Positions 1 to 7,342 of a stretch of DNA of 16,514 nucleotides are shown here, one piece after another; within the stretch, counting starts at the first letter, position 1, and every line of letters starts with the position of its first letter. Source of the stretch: Candidatus Fervidifonticultor sextus (lineage in GTDB: Bacteria; Sysuimicrobiota; Sysuimicrobiia; Sysuimicrobiales; Humicultoraceae). A program made the position numbers and the translations under genes. The stretch is from positions 1-16,514 of the forward strand of contig JAVKHQ010000050.1 in the NCBI GenBank assembly GCA_031459875.1. The letters are read 5' to 3'. The notes under the pieces are model-generated. The model ran no database searches and was not told where the DNA came from. It saw nothing but the letters and a program-made list of their open reading frames with translations.

Positions 1-48
1 TCGTCTGTCACTCCGTGGAAAGGGTGAGATGCATGCCTGAACTCGACG

Positions 49-96
49 AGACTATACATGGTTGGTGGCATCTTGTGAAGCCACAAGATATAGAAC
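49..96. promoter_or_regulatory. Tandem NrdR boxes (49-64 and 81-96)
   Basis: On the minus strand 81-96 reads GTTCTATATCTTGTGG and 49-64 reads CAACCATGTATAGTCT. Both resemble the NrdR-box consensus acaCwAtATaTwGtgt and their starts are 32 bp apart, a typical tandem spacing. Confidence 0.75.
51..79 (-). promoter_or_regulatory. Sigma70-type promoter firing leftwards out of the window
   Basis: Minus strand: TTCACA (79-74), 17 bp spacer, TATAGT (56-51). A GGAG Shine-Dalgarno-like site lies at 14-11. Confidence 0.65.
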
Positions 97-101
97 ATTT
101 T

Positions 102-1148
102 TCAGCATCCTGCTAGGGGTGTCGCGAAAAACGACCGGAGCATCGCCACACCAGACGTGGGAGTAACGCCTGCGAAGCTGCCGGTCCCGACGTTGATGAA
201 GTCGACGAGCCTGCTCGAGCCTCCGTAGCCTACGGCTAGGCCGTACTTGCGATAAAAGCTGACCACCCAATCTTCCAAGACACGGGTCTCGTCTGCGACC
301 CCCATGGTCACCTCGATCTGATCCCTCCTGGCGCCGATCCTCAGGGGGCCAATGCCTGTCGCAGACATGATGGTCCAACCCGTCGCCCCATCAGGGAGAA
401 GGGCCATGACGGGCTGGGGGGCGCTCGGGGGAGTCGGTGCCGATGGAGGTGAAAACTCGGTCGGAGAGGTTAAGGGCAGAGTGCTCAGGACCGCGTGGCC
501 GATCAACGGCTTCGCCGCATTGACCGCCGAGGCGAAGTTGATCCCTTGCTGGGGTCCTCGCAGTGACCCCACAACAATCCCGATGACTTCACCGCGCATG
601 TTCAGGATCGGCCCCCCGCTGTTGCCAGGGCTGATTGCCGCCTGGATCTGCAGCAGTCCTCCACGGACGGCACTGACAATACCCTCGGTGACTGTGGGCG
701 TCTGAACACCGAGGATTTCAGGCCGCGGATATCCGATGACAACGATCCGCTGACCTTCGCGGACTTGCGCGACATCACCCAATGGCAGGGGACGGACAGG
801 CAGCGCGGGGATGGCAAGCACCGCAAGATCATTGACGCTGTCCGTTGCAACCACTCGTGCATCAACCGGAGGATAATCGGGGAAGCGGACGATGACGCGC
901 CGAGCGTCCCTGATGACGTGATGGGCGGTGAGCGCCAGGCGATCGGCCGCTGCAAAAGCGCTGCCGATAGACACCCCGCCGGGAGTGTCGGATCCAACGG
1001 CGGCCACGCTCGCCCTCGATCCCGCAAAGACGGATTCCGTATCCTGAGATTCCGCCGCGGGCACCAGCGTGCCAAGCGCCAAGATGAGGTAAAAGGCCAG
1101 GCCCAGCAGGGCCACTTTGACCGAGCGATGTCTTTGGGACCCTGTCAT
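102..1148 (-). CDS. Exported or membrane-anchored trypsin-like (S1C/HtrA-like) serine protease without a recognisable PDZ domain
   Basis: Catalytic triad motifs TAHHV, DLAVL and GNSGGP. Basic then hydrophobic N-terminus, Pro/Ser-rich linker, ~95 aa C-terminal domain. GGGAGG upstream of the ATG at 1148. Confidence 0.85.
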   Translation of the reverse strand: MTGSQRHRSVKVALLGLAFYLILALGTLVPAAESQDTESVFAGSRASVAAVGSDTPGGVSIGSAFAAADRLALTAHHVIRDARRVIVRFPDYPPVDARVVATDSVNDLAVLAIPALPVRPLPLGDVAQVREGQRIVVIGYPRPEILGVQTPTVTEGIVSAVRGGLLQIQAAISPGNSGGPILNMRGEVIGIVVGSLRGPQQGINFASAVNAAKPLIGHAVLSTLPLTSPTEFSPPSAPTPPSAPQPVMALLPDGATGWTIMSATGIGPLRIGARRDQIEVTMGVADETRVLEDWVVSFYRKYGLAVGYGGSSRLVDFINVGTGSFAGVTPTSGVAMLRSFFATPLAGC

Positions 1149-1296
1149 ACAGTTCGCCCTCCCGGCTCAGGAGAAGAGAAGAACGTCCCTCAACAAATCG
1201 ACAATGGTATGCCCGTCTTGAGAAACCGCTAGTCCAGCGGCGGAGGGCCTCAGGTCTGAGGAAGAGCTATGCGTGCGATGCAGAGGACGCGGGCCC

Positions 1297-3009
1297 TCAG
1301 CGAGTCGATGCGGGCAGGCCCGGTGCGACCATCAGCGTGCGCTCGTTCGTGTAGGTCACCTGCCCGGGCCGCCCGCCGCGAAGGCGGCGCACGTGGCGTC
1401 GCCGCGTGATGTCCACCGGCACCTTGCCCGAGGCGCGGCCGGCGCTGTAGTGCGCGGCGATGCGCGCTGCGGCCTCCACGACCGCATCCGGCGGCTCCCG
1501 GCCGCCGCCGGTGAGGATGACGTGCGCGCCGGGCATCCCGCGCGCGTGCAGCCACAGGTCGTCGGGTCTGGCGACCTCGAAGGTCAGGTGGTCGTTCTCC
1601 CGCGCGCTGCGGCCGACCTGCACGCGGTAGCCGTCGATGGCGAAGACGCGGCCGGCGCTGACCGGGTGCGCGCGGGCGCCCGCTCGCGTCGGCTGCCACA
1701 ACCCGGCGGCGATCAGGTCCTGTTCGACTTCCCAGAGGTCGTCCTCGGTCTCGGCCTGCGCGATGGCGGTCGCCAGTCCCTCCAGGAAAGCGCGTTCCCC
1801 CTCAAGGGCGGCCCGTCGGGCGGGCAGGCGACGGCGTGCGGCGGCGGCCCTGGCGTAGCGCTTGAAGTAGGCCTGCGCATTCTCCACGCCCGAGCGCGCC
1901 GGGTCCAGCGGAATGCGGGTCGGCTGGCCGTCGAAGCCGGGAACCTCCACGGAGGTCGCGCCCGGGGCGACCTGCGGGAGGTAGGCGAGGAGCAACTCGC
2001 CGTACTGCCGCAGCTGTTCGGCGGCCTCGGCCTCGCGCAGGTCGGCTTCGACGGCCTCGAGCGCGCGCTTCACCCGTCCCAGGGCCTGTGCGACAGCAGC
2101 CGCCAGCGCCCGCCGCGCGCCCTCCAGGCGCCACGCGGCTTCCGCCAGGGCGATCACCGCCTCCACGGCCGCGCTCATTGACGCGGGATGCTCGCGGAAT
2201 CCGGCATACGCACGCATCGGGAAGGCCGCATAGGCGACCGGCCGGCCGTCGAAATCCTGGTAGAGCCGGGGGGAGAATCGGCGGGCCAGGGTGTCTTCGG
2301 CAATGGCACGCAGTACCTCGACGACGCGCGTGGTGGCGGCCCGATCGAGGGATCCGGCGGGATCCACGCCCGCCCGCAGGCAGGCCTCATGGGCCATGGC
2401 CGGTCCGATTCCTGCCACAGCCTGGAGCAGGATGCGCCAGGCCGGGCGGTCTGATGGGGCTGCTGCCAGCAGGTGATCTGCCAGGACGGTCCGTGGGTCC
2501 GGTTTCGGCTGCGGCGGCCTCACGTACGGCCGCTGCGGGAGCAGATCCCGCGTGCGCCCGGGTCGTGCGGGCTTGAGCACGCCCACGATCACCCCGCCGC
2601 TGGTCAGGATCAGGTTCGCCTGGCGCCCCATCAACTCGGCGATCAGGTCCTGGGGGCCTTCCAGCGTGTCGAAGGTGCAGGTCGCCAGGCGTTCGAAGGG
2701 CGCTGCCTCAATCGCCCGCAGCGCGGCGCCCTCCAGCCGGCTGCGGAGCATCTGCGCGAATGGACCGGGCACGGTGGGCGCAGCCTCGGTCGTCAGGTGC
2801 ATCCGGCACCACTGGGGATGTGCCGAGATGAGGAGCGTGCGCACAGCACCGCTGCGGCGCAGGACCAGGGCCAGGGTCTCGGGCCCGACCTGGACGACCC
2901 GTTGCACGCGCGCGCCGGCCAGATCCTGGCACTCGGCGGCCACCGCAGCCAGGATGATGCTGTCAAAGGAGGCCGGGGGCAGCGCAGAGGCCGACGGGCT
3001 GGCATCCAT
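1297..3009 (-). CDS. rqcH: Ribosome quality control protein RqcH (NFACT/FbpA/Rqc2 family)
   Basis: N-terminal FD..L motif, FERL and ELMGRQANLIL (NFACT-N), GIGP helix-2-turn-helix, ENAQAYFKRY coiled coil, C-terminal GRSARENDHLTF..DLWLHARGMPGAHV (NFACT-R). Start moved to the ATG at 3009 because a promoter lies at 3019-3048. Confidence 0.9.
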   Translation of the reverse strand: MDASPSASALPPASFDSIILAAVAAECQDLAGARVQRVVQVGPETLALVLRRSGAVRTLLISAHPQWCRMHLTTEAAPTVPGPFAQMLRSRLEGAALRAIEAAPFERLATCTFDTLEGPQDLIAELMGRQANLILTSGGVIVGVLKPARPGRTRDLLPQRPYVRPPQPKPDPRTVLADHLLAAAPSDRPAWRILLQAVAGIGPAMAHEACLRAGVDPAGSLDRAATTRVVEVLRAIAEDTLARRFSPRLYQDFDGRPVAYAAFPMRAYAGFREHPASMSAAVEAVIALAEAAWRLEGARRALAAAVAQALGRVKRALEAVEADLREAEAAEQLRQYGELLLAYLPQVAPGATSVEVPGFDGQPTRIPLDPARSGVENAQAYFKRYARAAAARRRLPARRAALEGERAFLEGLATAIAQAETEDDLWEVEQDLIAAGLWQPTRAGARAHPVSAGRVFAIDGYRVQVGRSARENDHLTFEVARPDDLWLHARGMPGAHVILTGGGREPPDAVVEAAARIAAHYSAGRASGKVPVDITRRRHVRRLRGGRPGQVTYTNERTLMVAPGLPASTR

Positions 3010-3018
3010 GCCGCTGCC

Positions 3019-3048
3019 ACGATACGACAGGGCCGGGTGGGGCTGCAA
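3019..3048 (-). promoter_or_regulatory. Sigma70-type promoter of rqcH
   Basis: Minus strand TTGCAG-N18-TATCGT, followed 9 nt later by the ATG at 3009. Confidence 0.5.
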
Positions 3049-3079
3049 GCGCGCCCGCGCAGGCCGCCGGCCCTCTCGG

Positions 3080-3107
3080 GCAGGAACGATCTTGCAGCGG
3101 GCCGAAC
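3080..3107 (+). promoter_or_regulatory. SigH-like promoter motif upstream of yloC
   Basis: GCAGGA-N18-GAAC, 9 nt before the GTG at 3117. The same architecture recurs at three other transcription-unit starts. Confidence 0.45.
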
Positions 3108-3116
3108 AGAAGGCCC

Positions 3117-3998
3117 GTGATCCGCAGCATGACCGGGTTTGGAGGAGCCACCGCGGACGTCCCCGGAGGTCGGCTGGCGGTGGAGGTCCGCTCGGTGAAC
3201 CACCGCTTCAGCGAAGTGCAGATCCGGCTGCCGCGCGACCTGGCGCCGCTGGACGATCGGGTCCGAGCCCTCGTCCAGAGACGGATTCACCGCGGCCGGG
3301 TCGAAGTCGTCGTGACCCGCGACGAGGGGGCGCGACGGCCGCGCACGGTGCGGGCTGACGTGGACCTGGCGGTGGCCTATGCGCGGGCGCTGCGCGACCT
3401 GGCGGCGGCGGTGGGCGCACGCAACGAGGTCACGCTGGCCCAGATCGCCGCGCTGCCGGAGGTGCTCAAGATCGAGGATGAGCGCGGGGACCCCGAGGCG
3501 CTGTGGCCCGTCCTGGAGTCGGCGCTGCGCGCGGCCACCGATGGCCTCGTGGCCATGCGGGCGGCGGAGGGCCAGCGCATCGCCGACGATCTGCAGCGGC
3601 GCGTGGCCGCGCTGGCCACGATGGTCGAGGTCATCGCCGGGCGGTCGCGCGAGGTCACGCGGGCGTATCGCGAGCGGCTGCGCGTCCGCCTGGCCGAACT
3701 GCTGGACCAGGCTCCGGTGGACGAGGCCCGGATTGCGGCGGAACTGGCGCTGTTCGCTGAACGTAGCGACATCAGCGAGGAACTGGTCCGCCTGCGCAGC
3801 CACCTGGCGCAGTTCCAAGAGACGATCGCGGGCGCAGACGGGCCGGTGGGCCGCAAACTGGATTTCCTCCTGCAGGAGATGAGCCGCGAGACCAACACCA
3901 TCGGGGCGAAGGCCAACGACCTGGAGATCGCCAGGACCATCATCGCCATGAAGAGCGAACTGGAGAGCCTGCGCGAGCAGGTGCAGAACGTGGAGTGA
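3117..3998 (+). CDS. yloC: YicC/YloC family endoribonuclease
   Basis: MIRSMTGFG, EVRSVNHRF, DISEELVRLRSH, GRKLDFLLQEMSRETNTIGAK and EQVQNVE are the family signature motifs. Confidence 0.95.
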   Translation: MIRSMTGFGGATADVPGGRLAVEVRSVNHRFSEVQIRLPRDLAPLDDRVRALVQRRIHRGRVEVVVTRDEGARRPRTVRADVDLAVAYARALRDLAAAVGARNEVTLAQIAALPEVLKIEDERGDPEALWPVLESALRAATDGLVAMRAAEGQRIADDLQRRVAALATMVEVIAGRSREVTRAYRERLRVRLAELLDQAPVDEARIAAELALFAERSDISEELVRLRSHLAQFQETIAGADGPVGRKLDFLLQEMSRETNTIGAKANDLEIARTIIAMKSELESLREQVQNVE

Positions 3999-4001
3999 AC
4001 G

Positions 4002-4268
4002 ATGGAAACGCGACTGATCAGCATCGGGCACGGCAACATCCTGGCGGCCAACCGGATCGTGGCGATCATCAGCCCGGATTCGGCCCCTGTGAAGCGCATC
4101 GTCCAGGAAGCCCGGGAGCGCGGCACCCTGATCGATGCTACCTATGGCCGCCGGACCCGGGCCGTGGTCATCACTGACAGCGGGCACGTGGTCCTCTCAG
4201 CCATCCAGCCCGAGACGCTGGCCCATCGGTACGACGCGCGGGAGGTCGGTGACGAACCCTCGGAATGA
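4002..4268 (+). CDS. remA: RemA/DUF370 family regulator
   Basis: LISIGHGN...[15 protein letters not shown]...[30 protein letters not shown]; 88 aa; conserved position after yloC. Confidence 0.93.
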   Translation: METRLISIGHGNILAANRIVAIISPDSAPVKRIVQEARERGTLIDATYGRRTRAVVITDSGHVVLSAIQPETLAHRYDAREVGDEPSE

Positions 4269-4269
4269 G

Positions 4270-4815
4270 GTGCCTGCCGTCGTCGTGGCCATTGGCGGGC
4301 CGATCGGCGTCGGCAAGAGTACGGTGGCGCGCGCGCTGGCCGAGCGGTTGGGGATCCGGCTTATCTCCGCCGGCGGCGTCTTCCGCGAGGTGGCCCGGCG
4401 CCGCGGCCTGTCCGTCGTGGACCTGAACCGGCTCGCCGAGGGCGATCCGACCATTGACCGTGAGCTGGACCGTCTGCAGGGGGAACTGGCGCGCGAGGGG
4501 CCGTGCGTGGTGGAGTCGCGCCTGTCTGGCTGGATGGTGGACGCCGACTTGAAGGTCTGGCTGGACGCGCCCGCAGAGGTCCGTGCCGCGCGGGTGGCTG
4601 CCCGCGAAGGGCAGGCCGCGGAGGCGGCCCGGGCGGAACTGGCGGTCCGCGAGCGCAGCGAGTGGTCGCGGTACCGGGCCCTCTACGGCATCGAGATGAC
4701 CGATCGCACGCCCTACCACCTGGTCATCGACACGAGCCGGTGGGATCCCGAGGTGATTGCAGACGCCCTGGAGCGGCTGGTCCGCGGGCTGCGGCCGGCC
4801 GCGAGGGCGCGGTAG
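4270..4815 (+). CDS. cmk: Archaeal-type cytidylate kinase (COG1102-like P-loop kinase)
   Basis: GGPIGVGKST P-loop, SAGGVFRE, IDRELD, VVESRLSGW, KVWLDAP..VRAAR, RYRALYGI and YHLVIDTS. About 180 aa. Start is uncertain (GTG 4270 or GTG 4249). Confidence 0.8.
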   Translation: MPAVVVAIGGPIGVGKSTVARALAERLGIRLISAGGVFREVARRRGLSVVDLNRLAEGDPTIDRELDRLQGELAREGPCVVESRLSGWMVDADLKVWLDAPAEVRAARVAAREGQAAEAARAELAVRERSEWSRYRALYGIEMTDRTPYHLVIDTSRWDPEVIADALERLVRGLRPAARAR

Positions 4816-4870
4816 CCCTGCGCGCGCCAAAGGCGCGCATTCCAGGCATCACCGCCGCCGGCTCACCCCC

Positions 4871-7003
4871 ATGACTCCACCACCGCCCCTCCTGGTCGCG
4901 CTCGACCTCCCGCTGCGCGCCGGCGACGCCGCGTTCACGTTTGCTGCCGGCGCGGCGGCCGGTGCCCCGCGGGGTGCCGGCGTGGTGGTTCCGTTCGGCC
5001 GGCGCCTCCTGCCGGGCATCGTGTTGGGTCCGGCCCCACCCCGCGAGGGCCTTCGGTCGATTCTGGCCCTGGTGGATCCGTGCCCGCTGGTGCCACCGCC
5101 CGTCGTTGATCTCGCCGAGTGGGTCGCGCGCGAGTACCTGGCGTCCGTCGGGGAGGCCATCGCCGCTGCCGTCCCGTGGGAGGCATTGTGGTCCGGCCTT
5201 CGTCTGGGCTGTCGCGCCCCCGTCCCCGGAGGACTCGCCCCGACAGTGCGGGCAGTGGCTGAGGCGCTCGCCCGCAGGCCGCTGTCGCTCCGGCAGGCCG
5301 GGCGCCTGTTCGCGCACGCTCCTGAGGCCACCGAGGCCCTGGCAGAAGCGCGCCTTGTGACGGCCACGATCCGCGGCATGCACGGCGGCCAGGGCGCCTG
5401 GAACTCTTCTGAGCCCGCCGGCCCTCGGAGGGCAGGCGCGCGTGGCGCAGGCGGGGGCGGGTCTGACGCACCGATGCCATCCGGTGCGACGAGCCGGGCG
5501 GACGCCGCGGTGGAGGCGGCCATGGCCGGAGGGCCGCGGGCGCTGCTCTTCGCAGGGTGGCGCCGGACGCCGGCGTACCTGGCCGCGGTGCGGCGCGCGG
5601 TCGCGGCCGGATGGTCGGCCATCGCCGCCTTCGGCTCCACCGAGGCCGCTGCGGCCTTCGCCGGCGAGGCGGCGGCGGCCGGGATGGCGCCTGTGATGGT
5701 GCACGGAGACCTGTCCCCCCCCGCGCGCCTGGCCGGCTGGTGCCGACTGTCCGGTGCGCGGGGCGTCCTCGCCGTGGGCACCCGTGGGGCGGTGTTTGCG
5801 CCCCTGGCCGATCCCGCGCTGGTCATCGTGGACGACGAGGATGCCAGCGGCCACAAGGAGGAGCGGGCGCCGCGCTACGTGACCGGCGCAGTCGCCGCCG
5901 AGCGCACGCGCCTGCAGGGCGTCCTCATCCTCGGGGCCACCACGCCCACCGTGACATCGTACGCGGCGGCCCGGGCCGGCCGCCTCCACCTGATCGCGCT
6001 GCCGTCCCCCCGGGCGCGCATCGGCGTCATCGACCTGCGCCGGCGCCCCGATCCGGGGGAGCCCATCAGCCGGCCGCTGCGCGAGGCGGTGCGCAAGACG
6101 GTGCGCGCGGGCGGCCGCGCCGTCCTGCTGGTCGATCGCAAGGGATATGCGGGCGGGCTGCACTGCGCCGAGTGCGGGGCCGTGCCCCGCTGCCCCCAGT
6201 GCGCGACGGCTATGCCCTACTACCGGCGCGAGCGCCTGCTCCGGTGCCGGCTCTGCGGTCGCACGCTCCGGGCGCCCGCCACCTGCCCGCAGTGCGGGGC
6301 CGCGCGGCTGCACCCGCTGGGCGCAGGCACCGAGCGGATCGCCGCGGTGGTGCGGCAGTGGACGCCTGCGGTGTGGCGAGTCGACAGCGATGTGGTGGGG
6401 TCCGGCCGCGACGCGCCCGTGAGGCTGGCGCCGCTGCGATCCGGCGGGGGCGTGGTGGTGGCGACACCGCTGGTCCTGCCCCATCTGGAAGGGCTGCGTC
6501 CCGATCTCGTCGGGGTGGTGGCCGCCGACCGCTGGCTGCACCGGCCGGAGTTCCGGGCGTCCGAACGCGCGCTCGCCCTGTTGCGCAGCGTGGCCTTCGC
6601 GTCGCAGGTCCGCGTCCTGGTGGAAACGGCAGACCCCGACCACCCGGCGGTGCGCGCCGCCCAGTCGCCGAGCCTGCAGGCCTTCTACGCCGAGGAACTG
6701 ACGCAGCGCCAGGCACTGGGCTATCCGCCTTTCCGGATCCTGGCTGCGGTGGTGGTGACGGCCGGGTTAGCGGCGGCCGCCGACTCCGTGTGCACCCGCC
6801 TGCTGCAGGCCGCACCGCCGTCGCTGGAGGTGTTCGGACCATGGCCGCTTTCGGTTGCAGGAGGGCGGCGGGTGGGGCGCCAGATCGTGTTGAAGGCTCC
6901 CGACCGCGCGGCGATCCGGGCGGCGCTCTGGCCGATCCTGGTCGGCGACGGCGTGCCCCGTGGGGTGCGGATCACCGCCGATGTGGACCCGCACGACCTG
7001 TAG
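4871..7003 (+). CDS. priA: Primosomal protein N' (PriA) with degenerate helicase motifs
   Basis: VVVPFGRR N-terminal domain, VGTRGAVFAPL, KEERAPRY, four CxxC pairs, GAGTERI, PEFRASER, FYAEEL..R..LGYPPF and C-terminal DVDP. ATG at 4871 chosen as start. Confidence 0.88.
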   Translation: MTPPPPLLVALDLPLRAGDAAFTFAAGAAAGAPRGAGVVVPFGRRLLPGIVLGPAPPREGLRSILALVDPCPLVPPPVVDLAEWVAREYLASVGEAIAAAVPWEALWSGLRLGCRAPVPGGLAPTVRAVAEALARRPLSLRQAGRLFAHAPEATEALAEARLVTATIRGMHGGQGAWNSSEPAGPRRAGARGAGGGGSDAPMPSGATSRADAAVEAAMAGGPRALLFAGWRRTPAYLAAVRRAVAAGWSAIAAFGSTEAAAAFAGEAAAAGMAPVMVHGDLSPPARLAGWCRLSGARGVLAVGTRGAVFAPLADPALVIVDDEDASGHKEERAPRYVTGAVAAERTRLQGVLILGATTPTVTSYAAARAGRLHLIALPSPRARIGVIDLRRRPDPGEPISRPLREAVRKTVRAGGRAVLLVDRKGYAGGLHCAECGAVPRCPQCATAMPYYRRERLLRCRLCGRTLRAPATCPQCGAARLHPLGAGTERIAAVVRQWTPAVWRVDSDVVGSGRDAPVRLAPLRSGGGVVVATPLVLPHLEGLRPDLVGVVAADRWLHRPEFRASERALALLRSVAFASQVRVLVETADPDHPAVRAAQSPSLQAFYAEELTQRQALGYPPFRILAAVVVTAGLAAAADSVCTRLLQAAPPSLEVFGPWPLSVAGGRRVGRQIVLKAPDRAAIRAALWPILVGDGVPRGVRITADVDPHDL

Positions 7004-7006
7004 CGG

Positions 7007-7339
7007 CTACGCCTTGAGGACGAGGTAGACGATGACCCTGAGGGAGGATTCAGGGGGCAACTCCCCGCACAAGCGCAGCCACCCGCCAAAGTGGCGGACG
7101 CGGCAGAAGTCCAGGCCTGGTGCGGCCGGCAGCGTCATGCGGGTGCCTTCATCGCACCACACCATCCCGTCCGGGGAGATCTGGACGCGGGCTGTCATTC
7201 CCCCCTCTGGCCCGCGGCTTTCGAGGGTGCGGACGAAGAAGAGTGCCTCGGAGGCCCAGGCCGCCTCGTACGGCTCAGTGGCGAAGGCGCCCTCCCACCA
7301 GACGTTGCGCTCGATCACCGCGGTGTGGCTCTGGCGCAT
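7007..7339 (-). CDS. Uncharacterised 110 aa beta-rich protein (possibly DUF6385-like)
   Basis: Protein-like composition (TEPYEAAWASEALFFVR, VQISPDG..W.DEG, FGGWLRL). Starts 3 nt after the upstream gene's stop with GAGG just upstream. The DUF name is from memory and unverified. Confidence 0.7.
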   Translation of the reverse strand: MRQSHTAVIERNVWWEGAFATEPYEAAWASEALFFVRTLESRGPEGGMTARVQISPDGMVWCDEGTRMTLPAAPGLDFCRVRHFGGWLRLCGELPPESSLRVIVYLVLKA

Positions 7340-7342
7340 CGC

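Noticed and set aside
70..89. ATCTTGTG-AAGC-CACAAGAT inverted repeat as a terminator for the protease
   Set aside because: The stem is AT-rich with no U-tract on the minus strand, and it overlaps the NrdR box and -35. A role as an additional operator half-site is not excluded.
4270..4815. Calling this gene gmk on synteny
   Set aside because: No GMP-binding signature; the motifs fit the archaeal-type cytidylate kinase family.
4724..6643. Long antisense or alternate-frame ORFs (4724-6643, 2793-4187, 5557-7017, 8329-9630, 12879-14231, 15091-16074)
   Set aside because: They overlap well-supported genes, are Arg/Pro/Gly-rich without motifs, and are expected shadows in high-GC DNA.
4871..7003. 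priA as a pseudogene
   Set aside because: The frame is full length with no stops or frameshifts, and the zinc ligands and terminal motifs are selectively retained.
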